A DNA stretch of 63,432 bases, the filler included. It is 5 parts of 5 records of this genome, joined end to end, with 100 filler letters (N's around TTAATTAATTAA, not from the genome) between each part and the next. Parts side by side here need not be neighbours in the genome. Positions count along the whole stretch, not along the records: positions 1 to 29,040 come from DRR723986_1361; 4 more parts are not named here. The stretch is one strand, 5' to 3'. The notes beneath the pieces were generated by a model. That model made no database searches. It had not been told where the DNA came from and saw nothing but the letters and a program-made list of their open reading frames with translations. How positions within the stretch are numbered: position 1 is the stretch's first letter; every line of letters starts with the position of its first letter. The position numbers and the translations under genes were made by a program. Shown piece by piece: positions 8,388 through 18,653 of the stretch.

Positions 8388-11123
8388 GTGCAGGGATTCA
8401 GGCTCTTTTTATTTTGCTTTTTTGGGCTATTGATTGTTCCGCTGTTAGCGACTGCGCAAGACCCAGTCCGCAAGCTTGAAGAAAAACCACTAGTCGTTCC
8501 AGATTCTTTAATGCCACTTTCTCGGGAATTGATGGCTATGGACACTTTGCCCACTACTGCTGATACGCTCGCACTTACTGATTCGACAAAAATTATGCCC
8601 AGGAGTGATATCACCACAGATATTACTTATTACGGTGAAGATAGCATCGTATCAGATTTCACGGAAAACAAAGTTTACCTCTATAACCAAGCTTGGTTCG
8701 AGTATGGTACCATGCGTTTGGAGGCTGACTTGATCATTATTGACTGGAAAAACTCAGAGCTCTACGCCTCCGGAGTTACGGATAGTTTGGGGAATGTGAA
8801 AGGAAATCCATTTTTCAAGGATGGAAACTCCTCCTATGAAATCAGGAAGGAGATGAAGTATAATTTCAAAACCCAAAAAGCTATTATCAAGGATGTCGTT
8901 ACGGAACAGCAAGACGGTATTTTAAGAGGAGAAACGATCAAAAAAACAGAAGATGGGAGTATTTACTTAGCCAATGGTTATTATACGACCTGTACACTCA
9001 CTACTCCACATTATCATGTGGCAGCCAACAAAATCAAGTCTATAGAAGGAGGTCAAGTAGTAGCTGGCCCTTTCAATCTCTACTTTAATGGCATCCCCAC
9101 GCCACTTGGGCTACCTTTTGGGATCATACCAAATACCCCGGAAGAAAAAGCCTCAGGATTGATTTTCCCAAGTTATGGGCAAGAGCAAAAAAGAGGACTG
9201 TACCTTCGTGACTTAGGCTATTATTTTGCAATCAATGATTATATCCATGCCAGGGTAACGGGTGACATCTACTCTAATGGAGGCTGGGGTTTGAAATCAC
9301 AATCTGTGTATAAAAAGCGATATAGATTTAGCGGCTCTTTCAATATTGACTTCCAAAAGTTCAAATCTCCAGAAACAGAGCTGAACCCTGTCGATTACAA
9401 CACATTCAGAATTCAATGGTCACATAACCCTGAATCACGCGGAAATAGCCGATTTTCAGCCTCTGTAAATGCTGGCTCAACGAGCTACTTCAACAATATC
9501 GTTAATCCGAATAATTTCACGAATAACGTAACTTCGGATTTGTCCTCAAATATCAATTATAGCAAGACATTTACGGGAACTCCATTTTCCTTTGGAGCGA
9601 GTATGAGACACTCCCAAAGTGTTCAGACTGGAGAAGTTCAATTAAGTCTACCTACCATGAATTTGAGTATGAATAGACAGAGTCCGTTCAAAAATGTGAA
9701 ATTCGAACCGCTCAAGACCTTAAATATCGCCTACAACTTTGACCTCCAAAATTCTGTCACCAATAAGGTGACTCAGGAATTCGGAGTAGATCCTGACTTA
9801 GTTGAAAATACAGATACTCCTGACTTGGTACCTTTCACCCCTTCTAATTTTGGGTACTTACTTCAGAATGCTAATAATGGCGCAAGAAACAGAATTCCAA
9901 TCAGCTCAAATTTCAGGCTTTTTAAATATTTCACAGGCACTGCATCTGCCAACCTAACTGAATTATGGTACCTGAAAAGGATTAATTATTTCTATAACCC
10001 GTCTGAAGAGCGAGTGGATAAAATAATAGAAGAGGGATTTAACAGAGTTACTTTTTATTCTAGCTCATTCAGTTTGAATACCAATATCTATGGATTTTTC
10101 AACTTCAAAAAAGGGAAAATCCAGACCATACGTCAGCATATTCAGCCTTCTTTGAGTGTAAACTTTTCTCCTGATTTCTCAGATCCTTCTTTAGGGTATT
10201 ATCAAGAGGTAAAAGTTAATAATGATGGGGACACTCGTTTGTTTGACAGGTATCAAGGATTCTCCTATAGCGGTGCTCCATTAGGAGAAAGTAGAGCGAT
10301 GGCATTTAGCATCCGAAGTGTATTAGAGGCAAAGGTGATTGATAAAAAGGATTCTACTCAAGAGAATGCTACTAAGAAAATACCTTTACTTGAAAATATC
10401 GATCTGAACTCCAGCTATAATTTCGCTGCAGATTCATTTAAGCTAGCTCCCATCCGAATCAGTGCTCGAACCAGCTTTTTCGACAGAAAGCTCTCGGTGA
10501 ATATGAGTTCTACGCTTGACCCCTATGCCACGGAGACATATATTAATTCCAGTGGTTCTAACGCCACACGCTCCATCAATCAATTTGCTTGGAAAAATGG
10601 ACAGGGGCTAGGATCCATTCGAAATGCTTCGCTAAACATGAATGCCTCCATCAACCCAAGTAGTGCGCAAAATCCTGGGGAAGTACGAGATGAGCTTACC
10701 AATGAATTTTTGCAGCAAGGCGGTGTGATGAATGAATTTGTAGAAAGTGAGATTAACAGAATCTCGACTGACCCTAGTCAATACATAGATTGGAATATTC
10801 CTTGGAACATGTCATTTGGCTATGTATTATCTTACAGTAATCCGGTATCCGGAAATAAGAGAGTCACGCAAACTCTCAGCGTACGTGGTGATTTCAAACT
10901 TTCTGAGAAGTGGGCAGTAAACTTCAATACAGGCTATGATGCCCAAACCAAGAAGCTTACCCAAACAATGGTAGGTATAGCTAGAGATCTTCACTGCTGG
11001 CAGATGAATGTCAATTGGGTTCCTTTTGGCGCCTTTACTTCATACAATATTGACATTCGAGTGAAATCAACAATCCTTCAAGATTTGAAGGTATCTAGGA
11101 GACGATCCTTTTTTGACAATTAG
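8388..11123 (+). CDS. lptD: putative LPS assembly protein LptD (Bacteroidota type)
   Basis: 911 aa, signal peptide, YTTC motif, C-terminal RDLHCW beta-barrel end; divergent from the amidase as usual in this phylum. Confidence 0.8.
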   Translation: MQGFRLFLFCFFGLLIVPLLATAQDPVRKLEEKPLVVPDSLMPLSRELMAMDTLPTTADTLALTDSTKIMPRSDITTDITYYGEDSIVSDFTENKVYLYNQAWFEYGTMRLEADLIIIDWKNSELYASGVTDSLGNVKGNPFFKDGNSSYEIRKEMKYNFKTQKAIIKDVVTEQQDGILRGETIKKTEDGSIYLANGYYTTCTLTTPHYHVAANKIKSIEGGQVVAGPFNLYFNGIPTPLGLPFGIIPNTPEEKASGLIFPSYGQEQKRGLYLRDLGYYFAINDYIHARVTGDIYSNGGWGLKSQSVYKKRYRFSGSFNIDFQKFKSPETELNPVDYNTFRIQWSHNPESRGNSRFSASVNAGSTSYFNNIVNPNNFTNNVTSDLSSNINYSKTFTGTPFSFGASMRHSQSVQTGEVQLSLPTMNLSMNRQSPFKNVKFEPLKTLNIAYNFDLQNSVTNKVTQEFGVDPDLVENTDTPDLVPFTPSNFGYLLQNANNGARNRIPISSNFRLFKYFTGTASANLTELWYLKRINYFYNPSEERVDKIIEEGFNRVTFYSSSFSLNTNIYGFFNFKKGKIQTIRQHIQPSLSVNFSPDFSDPSLGYYQEVKVNNDGDTRLFDRYQGFSYSGAPLGESRAMAFSIRSVLEAKVIDKKDSTQENATKKIPLLENIDLNSSYNFAADSFKLAPIRISARTSFFDRKLSVNMSSTLDPYATETYINSSGSNATRSINQFAWKNGQGLGSIRNASLNMNASINPSSAQNPGEVRDELTNEFLQQGGVMNEFVESEINRISTDPSQYIDWNIPWNMSFGYVLSYSNPVSGNKRVTQTLSVRGDFKLSEKWAVNFNTGYDAQTKKLTQTMVGIARDLHCWQMNVNWVPFGAFTSYNIDIRVKSTILQDLKVSRRRSFFDN

Positions 11124-11124
11124 A

Positions 11125-11256
11125 CGATTTCGGGTTTTGATTGCATTTCAGATTTTGGTACTAGGAATTAAATGTAGATTTCCCCATCCATCAATTACCA
11201 TTCTTACTTGAGGTAAATATCAGGTTCGCTGATCCGACATCAAACATCCGAAATCG
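11125..11256. repeat. inverted arms of degenerate 7-mers between convergent genes
   Basis: CGATTTCGG (11125-11133) vs CCGAAATCG (11248-11256); right arm is CCGACAT-CAAACAT-CCGAAAT. Confidence 0.5.
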
Positions 11257-12471
11257 CTACACTCGCGATCTACTAATCGGCATAGTCATGCATCTTGGTC
11301 CGCCAAGGCCCCTGGAAAGCTCCGAAGATGGGATTTCCAATACCTCCACTCCCATATTTCTTAATGCCCGGTTAGTATGAATATTTCGGTTATAAGAAAT
11401 CACTCTTCTTGGGCCGATGGCAAAAACATTTGCACCGTCAAACCACTGCTCTCGCATCGCATAATCAGGATTTCCTGCTGCGGTGTGCAAAATTTCCAAA
11501 TGCGGAATCTCTCTTTCCAAAATAGTCAATAGTGACTCTTTTAGCACTTCTCGCTTGATGTGGACTTTGTCATCCTTGATTTCTTTCAGGGTATAAAGGG
11601 ATGTTTGCAAGACTGCATTCATCGCATCAGGGTAAGTAAGCACCAGATTCTCATCCAAAATTGTAAATACTGTATCCAAATGCATAAACTGACGCTTCTG
11701 AGGTAGGTGTACTTCATAAACACGCTCCACAGTCCCTTCAGCTAATAGTGCTTTTGCGGCATGGTAGATTGCCTTTTCATCCGTACGCTCCGAATTTCCG
11801 ATTGCTACCGCCTTTTGAGATAAGATAATAACATCTCCTCCTTCTATGCTCGGCGGATTATCATGCCCTAATACTGGATATAGTTGATGGATATTATCTT
11901 TAAAATCCATGTGATTTTCAAAAATAGTCCGAAGTAAATCCGCCTCGCGTTGTCTTCCTTCCATCCTCATACTAGAAAAAATAACCCCGCCCGGAGTTAT
12001 AGCCATGGGATCCCTCTGAAAGTACAAGTTTGGACAAGGAGATATCACAAAGGCAAATTCCATCAACTCCCCAGCATTCAGTTTAGGTATTTTACGCCGC
12101 AGTTCATGCACCTTCAATCCAGCTGTCAAAATCCCTGCACATTCGGCAGTAGAATAACGCTCCAGTATGTCTTCTGCCAAATGGACCATGCCTGATCTCT
12201 TCAATGATTCTCGCATCAATTGAAGCAGGATTTTCTGATCATAAAGCACTCGAATCAATAATTCCCGTAGTTGATAGACCGTAGCACCCGTAGATTCCTT
12301 GATTAGATTGGAAAAAGCATCGTGTTCCTGCTGCAAAGCTTCCAGATATGGCACATCATCAAACAGCAAAAACTCCTTATTATAGGGAGTTAACCGGTCA
12401 ATTTCCTTCCCGGGTCTATGCATCAAAACTGCTTTGAGGGTACCGAATTCTGAATTAAGTCTAAGATTCAT
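11257..12471 (-). CDS. arcA: arginine deiminase family protein
   Basis: SEFGTLKAVLMHRPG, LFDD, NLYFQRD, IEGGD, MHLDT, ELSRGLGGPRCMT motifs. Confidence 0.85.
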   Translation of the reverse strand: MNLRLNSEFGTLKAVLMHRPGKEIDRLTPYNKEFLLFDDVPYLEALQQEHDAFSNLIKESTGATVYQLRELLIRVLYDQKILLQLMRESLKRSGMVHLAEDILERYSTAECAGILTAGLKVHELRRKIPKLNAGELMEFAFVISPCPNLYFQRDPMAITPGGVIFSSMRMEGRQREADLLRTIFENHMDFKDNIHQLYPVLGHDNPPSIEGGDVIILSQKAVAIGNSERTDEKAIYHAAKALLAEGTVERVYEVHLPQKRQFMHLDTVFTILDENLVLTYPDAMNAVLQTSLYTLKEIKDDKVHIKREVLKESLLTILEREIPHLEILHTAAGNPDYAMREQWFDGANVFAIGPRRVISYNRNIHTNRALRNMGVEVLEIPSSELSRGLGGPRCMTMPISRSRV

Positions 12472-12663
12472 TTCATTAACAGTTTATCAGCTATTTTAAG
12501 TAATAATTGCCATATCTCAAAAATATAAGCTTTTGTTTAAGAAAATGAAAATAATGATTTTTGTAAATGCGTCTAGATTAGTATATATTCTAGTAACAAT
12601 TACCCTCAAATTTAATTGAGGTATCATTGTTGAATGGAAATAGGCTTACTTAAGATAATTCCA

Positions 12664-13404
12664 ATGAAATTAGAAAATACGAAATTCAAAAAACTTTCCT
12701 TCACTTTTGCATTAGCCAGTGCCCTTTTTCTTGGAAGCTGCGAAACACTAACTCAACTGAGCAAAGGCTTAGACTTCGGCACTCCAACGGATGCTGAAAT
12801 CAATTCAGGTCTAAAAGAGGCATTGGAATTTGGAACCAGCTATGCTTCAGAGCGTCTTTCAAAAGAGGATGGATACTTGGGAAATTTGGCTATCAAAATT
12901 GCTTTCCCTGAAGAAGCGAAAAAGGTCGAGAACACGCTTCGCTCTCTGGGCTTAGGAAGTCTTTGTGATCAGGTAATCACAAGTGTAAACCGCGCCGCTG
13001 AAGATGCTGCCATAGAAGCTAAACCGATATTTGTAGCAGCAATCAAAGAAATGAGCATCACTGATGTTAAGAACATTCTTTTAGGTGCTGATAATGCTGC
13101 TACGCAATATTTTGAAAATAAAACGACGGCCTCGCTAGAAGGGAAATTCAAACCAATTATTGAAAGTAGCCTGACTAAAGTAGGAGCGACCAAATACTGG
13201 TCCGATGTAGTGACACGATATAATAAAATTCCGCTGATGACTCCGATCGAAGCCGATCTATCCAAGTATGTCACACAAAAGGCAATAGAAGGTCTTTTTT
13301 ATGAAATAGCTAAAGAAGAATTGAAAATCCGGGAAAATGTAGCAGCCCGGAGCACTATTTTATTGCAAAAGGTGTTTGGCTATGCAGACGCCCAAGGATC
13401 TTAA
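12664..13404 (+). CDS. DUF4197 family lipoprotein
   Basis: Lipobox LGSC; GLKEAL, NRAAEDA, IAKEE..IR motifs. Confidence 0.85.
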   Translation: MKLENTKFKKLSFTFALASALFLGSCETLTQLSKGLDFGTPTDAEINSGLKEALEFGTSYASERLSKEDGYLGNLAIKIAFPEEAKKVENTLRSLGLGSLCDQVITSVNRAAEDAAIEAKPIFVAAIKEMSITDVKNILLGADNAATQYFENKTTASLEGKFKPIIESSLTKVGATKYWSDVVTRYNKIPLMTPIEADLSKYVTQKAIEGLFYEIAKEELKIRENVAARSTILLQKVFGYADAQGS

Positions 13405-13601
13405 TTAAAATAATCTTAATTCCTCAAGGCTAACTCCACTGGAGTTTGATTACCAGATAAAATCTAATTCACTGATTTTATAATTTCCTAAACCCAGCTA
13501 TTTGACCGACATACCGTCGATCCAATTCCATAGTTACTCCATTATATTTCTAATATATTTGTAGTGGCCTTGAAATAGAAGGCTACTAGTAAATCTTTAC
13601 C

Positions 13602-14039
13602 ATGAACGAAAAGTTAACAATCTTTTATACTGATGACGACATTGATGACTTGGAATTTTTCAAGACCATTGTAAATATGATTACTGATGATTATGCGGTG
13701 GTAACTCATATGGACGGAAATCAATTGCTTCATGCACTTGACAATCCTCCTCCGACTCCCTACCTGCTTTTCTTGGACATTAACATGCCCGGAATGAGTG
13801 GTTTGGAAGTATTACAGACCGTAAGAAAATCAGAAAAGCACGCCTCTTTGCCGATAATTATGTTTTCTACTACTCAGGATAAATCTGTCATAGAGAAAAC
13901 AAAGGTATTAGGAGCAAACTATTACCTACCAAAAGCAGAAAACTTCAAGCTTCTTCGCAAGTCTATAGAGCACACACTTAAGATCAATTGGAGTAGTTTC
14001 AGCGCTGACAATACTAATTACCTCTACAACAATAATTAA
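13602..14039 (+). CDS. single-domain response regulator
   Basis: DDD acidic pocket, FLDINMP phospho-Asp, FST, conserved Lys (LPK). Confidence 0.9.
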   Translation: MNEKLTIFYTDDDIDDLEFFKTIVNMITDDYAVVTHMDGNQLLHALDNPPPTPYLLFLDINMPGMSGLEVLQTVRKSEKHASLPIIMFSTTQDKSVIEKTKVLGANYYLPKAENFKLLRKSIEHTLKINWSSFSADNTNYLYNNN

Positions 14040-14051
14040 CAGTTTGCCTGC

Positions 14052-14654
14052 ATGAGTAACGCAGTTTTCACTAGTACTTTTCCTCAGAGATTGAAAGTTG
14101 AAACTTCAATTCTCCATCAAGAGTTGGAGGATCTTCCTCTTTCTAAAGCAATCCTGAAGGAAGACATTTCCACTAGGGATTACATGGAGTATTTGCATCG
14201 CATGCATGATGTGATTAAGGAAGTAGAGACCTTGGTTTCCCCACTACTCTACACTGAGCTATCCGATCTTTCTCAGCGAATTAAAACTCCTTTATTGGAG
14301 CAGGATTTCAATAGCCTTAGCTATATAAAAACGCAATCCGCCCCCGTTTTCAAAAACCTAGACAAGCAAATCTCAACTGCTTTTGCCTTGGGTATGCTGT
14401 ATGTGATAGAGGGCTCAACGCTTGGTGGGCGAGTGATTTACAAGCACATACACAAAACACTAGGATACGACAATCAGTCTGGAGCTGCTTATTTTTCCGG
14501 ATATGGCGAAGAAACTGGATTGTTTTGGAAAAACTTCATGACTACACTTGTAGCCTACGAAAAAAATCATAATACTTCGGAAAAGATTATTGAGGGGGCT
14601 AACTATACTTTTCAAGCAATCAGAACTCACTTTCAAAGTGAGTCCGAGCTATAG
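14052..14654 (+). CDS. bphO: biliverdin-producing heme oxygenase
   Basis: LKVETSILHQELE proximal His, LYVIEGSTLGG distal helix motif; adjacent to a phytochrome. Confidence 0.88.
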   Translation: MSNAVFTSTFPQRLKVETSILHQELEDLPLSKAILKEDISTRDYMEYLHRMHDVIKEVETLVSPLLYTELSDLSQRIKTPLLEQDFNSLSYIKTQSAPVFKNLDKQISTAFALGMLYVIEGSTLGGRVIYKHIHKTLGYDNQSGAAYFSGYGEETGLFWKNFMTTLVAYEKNHNTSEKIIEGANYTFQAIRTHFQSESEL

Positions 14655-14659
14655 GTAAT

Positions 14660-16912
14660 ATGAAGGTAAAGGACATTGTTAATAGGGAAATTGTAAACCT
14701 CACAAATTGTGAACAGGAACCTATCCACATTCCCGGCAGCATTCAACCTAATGGGTTTCTTATCGGTCTGAAGGAAGACTCGCTTCTAATTGACTACTGC
14801 AGCGCAAATACCATTGAATATATTGGTAAAGCGCATACAGAGTTATTGGGAAAAGCATTCGGTGTCGCTTTTGGAGAAAAAGCCAAAAAAGAATTACTGG
14901 ATTACATTTCCAATGACAGGATGCTGTCCTCGCTCCTACTTAAAACTACACTTCTAGAAAAGGAATTTCTTTGCACTGTGCACAAAAGCAATTCTACGAT
15001 CATCATAGAAGCTGAACCGATCAATTCAAAAGTCAAAAAGGCAAATGAGGTATATGATCACACCTCGCAATTCCTTTCCTACATGCATACCACTCAGAGC
15101 CTTCAAGATCTTTGTAGTCTGGTAGCGAAAGGAACCCGAGAAATCACTGGGTATGACCGGGTGATGATCTATCGATTTGATGATAATTACAATGGGGAGG
15201 TATTTGCAGAAAGCTGTCGAGAGGACCTTGAGCCATTTTTGGGATTACATTATCCTCACACGGATATCCCGCCACAGGCAAGAGAGCTTTACATGAAAAA
15301 CCTATTGAGGATAATCACAGATATTGATTATTCCCCAGTTCCGATTTACACTATAGATGATCAGAAAGACAAAAACCTAGATCTCAGCCTTGCTATTTTA
15401 CGCAGTACATCTCCCATCCACGTGCAATACCTGCACAATATGGGCGTAGGTGCTACATTGACGATCTCTCTGATTTATAAACAAAGACTCTGGGGTCTCA
15501 TTGCCTGTCATCATTATTCGCCTAAAAACCTGACGCCAGAATTGAGGTTGGCGGCACAGCTTCAGGGGCATTTCATCACTTCCCAGATTGATGTAAGGCA
15601 ATCCAATGAAGAATATGAGGTTTCCAGAAAAGTCAATGCTTCCTACGATAAAATAAATGCTTTCGAACTTACTGAAGGGGCAGAATCCTTAGCAAAACTG
15701 ATTAAGCAGCCAGAACTTATCGGCCTTTGCAATGCAAATGGCGTTTCTTTGTTTTTTGAAGGAAAAGTCTACAGCAATGGTGTTACCCCTTCAGACGATG
15801 AGGTGAAATTCTTAGCAAGCTATTTTGCAGAATACACTGAAAACACGAATATCAGCACCAGCAAATTGTTGGATTTACTACCAGATTTTAAATCACTCTG
15901 CGAAAACACCCCAGGAGCAATTTATCATTCACTGGATGTAGAAGGCGACAATTGTATAATCTGGTATAGATCGGAAACTAAAAAGGAAGTAAACTGGGCC
16001 GGGGATCCGAGCAAGTCTATCATTCTGGATAAAAAGGGCTTGTCTCCTAGAAATTCCTTCGAATTATGGAAGGAAATCGTGGATTGTACCAGCAAACCTT
16101 GGCTCCAACCTGAGTTGGACACAGCGGCGGCCTATGCTAATGGACTGCAGCGCCAAATTAACTTAATCAAAATCACACAGGAGGAACAAAAATATCGCAA
16201 GCTCAGCGAAATGCTCAGAGAGGCAAATGCTGAACTTGAAAACATGAACTGGATCAGCTCGCATGACCTTCAGGAGCCGTTGCGTAAGATGCAGCTGATT
16301 TCATCTCATTTACTTTACGAAGATGAGGTTCCCGAAAACGTTCAAAAATCCCTTAAGCGCCTTAATATTTCCGCAGAGCGAATGCGAACTTTGCTTCAGG
16401 ACATCCTAAAATACACGCGCCTGAAATATTCTGAAGAGGATTTTGAACGGGTAGATTTAAACAAACTAGTAGGAGAAGTAGCACGAGAACTTGGTGATGA
16501 TTCTGATCCTAACACCATCCAATTGGACGAATTACCAACGGTGCTGGGCGTACCATTTTTTCTAAAACAGCTCTTTTCTAATTTGATTTCAAATTCTATT
16601 AAGTATGCGAAAGCAGACGAGCCAATTAGAGTAAAGGTGAAATCAGCGCCAAAGCCAGTAAATTACCCAACTGAAAAAGACGAACCGTATTATCTGATCA
16701 AGGTGATTGACAATGGGATTGGTTTTGACCAGAAATATGCAGAGTCAATTTTCAATATTTTCACCCGTCTCCACCTAGCCACAGAATACAGTGGATCAGG
16801 AGTGGGATTGGCTCTTTGTAAGAAAATAATGAAAAACCACCGAGGATACATAAGCGCTGAAAGTACTCCGGGGAAGGGCACAGAAATCAGCATTTACTTT
16901 CCGCTTAATTGA
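14660..16912 (+). CDS. bphP: bacteriophytochrome histidine kinase (PAS-GAF-PHY-HisKA-HATPase)
   Basis: N-terminal Cys17 in NCEQEPIHIPGSIQP, DRVMIYRF, PHTDIP, SPIHVQYL, LWGLIACHH, WAG and PRNSF tongue motifs, SHDLQEPLR H-box, DNGIG/GSGVGL ATP-binding boxes. Confidence 0.93.
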   Translation: MKVKDIVNREIVNLTNCEQEPIHIPGSIQPNGFLIGLKEDSLLIDYCSANTIEYIGKAHTELLGKAFGVAFGEKAKKELLDYISNDRMLSSLLLKTTLLEKEFLCTVHKSNSTIIIEAEPINSKVKKANEVYDHTSQFLSYMHTTQSLQDLCSLVAKGTREITGYDRVMIYRFDDNYNGEVFAESCREDLEPFLGLHYPHTDIPPQARELYMKNLLRIITDIDYSPVPIYTIDDQKDKNLDLSLAILRSTSPIHVQYLHNMGVGATLTISLIYKQRLWGLIACHHYSPKNLTPELRLAAQLQGHFITSQIDVRQSNEEYEVSRKVNASYDKINAFELTEGAESLAKLIKQPELIGLCNANGVSLFFEGKVYSNGVTPSDDEVKFLASYFAEYTENTNISTSKLLDLLPDFKSLCENTPGAIYHSLDVEGDNCIIWYRSETKKEVNWAGDPSKSIILDKKGLSPRNSFELWKEIVDCTSKPWLQPELDTAAAYANGLQRQINLIKITQEEQKYRKLSEMLREANAELENMNWISSHDLQEPLRKMQLISSHLLYEDEVPENVQKSLKRLNISAERMRTLLQDILKYTRLKYSEEDFERVDLNKLVGEVARELGDDSDPNTIQLDELPTVLGVPFFLKQLFSNLISNSIKYAKADEPIRVKVKSAPKPVNYPTEKDEPYYLIKVIDNGIGFDQKYAESIFNIFTRLHLATEYSGSGVGLALCKKIMKNHRGYISAESTPGKGTEISIYFPLN

Positions 16913-16951
16913 TTTAATTAGAGGCACCAAATTACTGGTACAAACCAGAAA

Positions 16952-18400
16952 TTACTTACCAATTAGCTTGATCAGCATCCCTTTACTCAGCTGGTCTGTC
17001 AGGTGCATCCCATTCAACAAAGAAAGCTCCTCATATCTCTCCGCTGGCATTCCGTAGTACCTAAAGGCAGCTTCCAGCGACATAGCATTTGGGACAGTTT
17101 TGATCTTAATTACATCAGGTTTACGGTTTAGCTTTTCCGAATCCCGTAATTCCCTGAAGTCTCTGATGGTTTTAGAAAATATGGGCTGATACGAATTAAA
17201 ATTAGCTATATCCGTCACTCCCATGAGACTGTAAATATTCCCTTCAAACTCAATAACAGAAGAAAGGACTCGAAGCGTAGCTGCTTGCTCCTGTAGACGA
17301 TCCCCAACCAACAGAACTGTAGGCATTCCATTGATAGTTTCCTTTTTAGATTCTACCAGCGTCAATCCATAGTTTTCTAAAATTGCATTCGCAGCCTCCT
17401 CTAGGTTAGCTCCAGAAGCTAAGGTGAGAATCATTACCGCATCGCCTTCTGCTGGCGCCATTTGAAACTGTTGTGGAGAATTTTGATGCTGCCACCCAGT
17501 TGGGATAGGAAACTGGATTTTCAAAACTGGATGATAGAATGCACTGTTCTCCACAAAGCCTTGTTTGGGATCTGCACCCACAATCAAGCCATCAATTTTC
17601 CTCAGGTAACTATCTCGATTTATCTCAAACTCGGTCAATTTGGACTTATCCTGCCACTTTTGCGCAAGCACTTCCACGGTTGCATTTCGTTCTACTGGGG
17701 ATGGGTGGGTGGAAAGAAAAGGTGGGATTTCATCCGCTCCGGTATTTGTTTGCTGTCTTTCCAGAGTCTCAAAAAAGTCAGCCATTTCTCTGGCATCGTA
17801 CCCGATCTGGGAAGAATATTCCACGCCTAGCTCATCTGACTGCCTCTCAGCATCTCTACCAAACTTCAATAAAGCTAATTGCATTCCTTGGGAGAGAGGG
17901 TCTACAAACTGACCAAGTTCAGGCACCAAAATAATTCCTGCCAAAAGACCTATTTGCCCCAAAATCTGGTTTCGTTGCTGGATCACTGAGTGCCTGGCAG
18001 TCACGTGACCTATCTCATGTCCCAGCACTCCGGCAAACTCGGCTTCATTGTTAAAGTGCGCCATGATACCGCGGGTAAAATAAACAAAGCCACCCGGCAA
18101 GGCAAAGGCATTAATCACAGGTGAATCGACTATTTTGAACTCATAGGCCAACTTTGGCCGATGTGAGATCGCAGCCATTTCAGATCCTTTAGTGGTAATA
18201 AACTCTTGGAGTTCTGGGTCTTCATAAAGCCCAAAAAAAGCAACCACTTCAGGATCCGATTGCTGTCCCATAGCAATTTCCTGAGCTTCAGACATCAGAA
18301 CAAGTTGCTTTTTTCCAGTTACTGGATTGATGGCGCATGATCCTAAACTCAAGAGAAAAAGGGCCGAAAAGAAGCTAAGGTAATTCTTAAAAGTTCTCAT
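16952..18400 (-). CDS. M48 family metalloprotease lipoprotein
   Basis: Lipobox LGSC, NAFALPGG, HEIGH Zn motif, FLSTHP. Confidence 0.9.
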   Translation of the reverse strand: MRTFKNYLSFFSALFLLSLGSCAINPVTGKKQLVLMSEAQEIAMGQQSDPEVVAFFGLYEDPELQEFITTKGSEMAAISHRPKLAYEFKIVDSPVINAFALPGGFVYFTRGIMAHFNNEAEFAGVLGHEIGHVTARHSVIQQRNQILGQIGLLAGIILVPELGQFVDPLSQGMQLALLKFGRDAERQSDELGVEYSSQIGYDAREMADFFETLERQQTNTGADEIPPFLSTHPSPVERNATVEVLAQKWQDKSKLTEFEINRDSYLRKIDGLIVGADPKQGFVENSAFYHPVLKIQFPIPTGWQHQNSPQQFQMAPAEGDAVMILTLASGANLEEAANAILENYGLTLVESKKETINGMPTVLLVGDRLQEQAATLRVLSSVIEFEGNIYSLMGVTDIANFNSYQPIFSKTIRDFRELRDSEKLNRKPDVIKIKTVPNAMSLEAAFRYYGMPAERYEELSLLNGMHLTDQLSKGMLIKLIGK

Positions 18401-18602
18401 TAAAAGTTGAAGTTGGTGGCTATCTGTTAATGAGGTATTGAAAATTTCATTCCAATTAATTTTGGAACATTCATAGCGACAGAGCTTAGGCTCTTTGACA
18501 GTAGCAAGACTAACTATATCGCCTACACTCTTTCTTTGAGCTTAACCCCTCCGCGACTCTCTGCGCAAAACTCCGCGCCCACCGCGGTAAAAACCCAGCC
18601 AC

Positions 18603-18633
18603 AAAAAAAACCGAGCCTCGCAGCCCGGTTTTT
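18603..18633 (-). terminator. intrinsic terminator after lysS (possibly bidirectional)
   Basis: AAAAAAAACCG...CGGTTTTTT hairpin just after the lysS stop. Confidence 0.65.
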
Positions 18634-18653
18634 ACTTTTATATCAAGTTGGAA

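Noticed and set aside
8327-8617. N-terminal extension of the amidase overlapping lptD
   Set aside because: The downstream ATG at 8326 gives a normal signal peptide and removes the overlap
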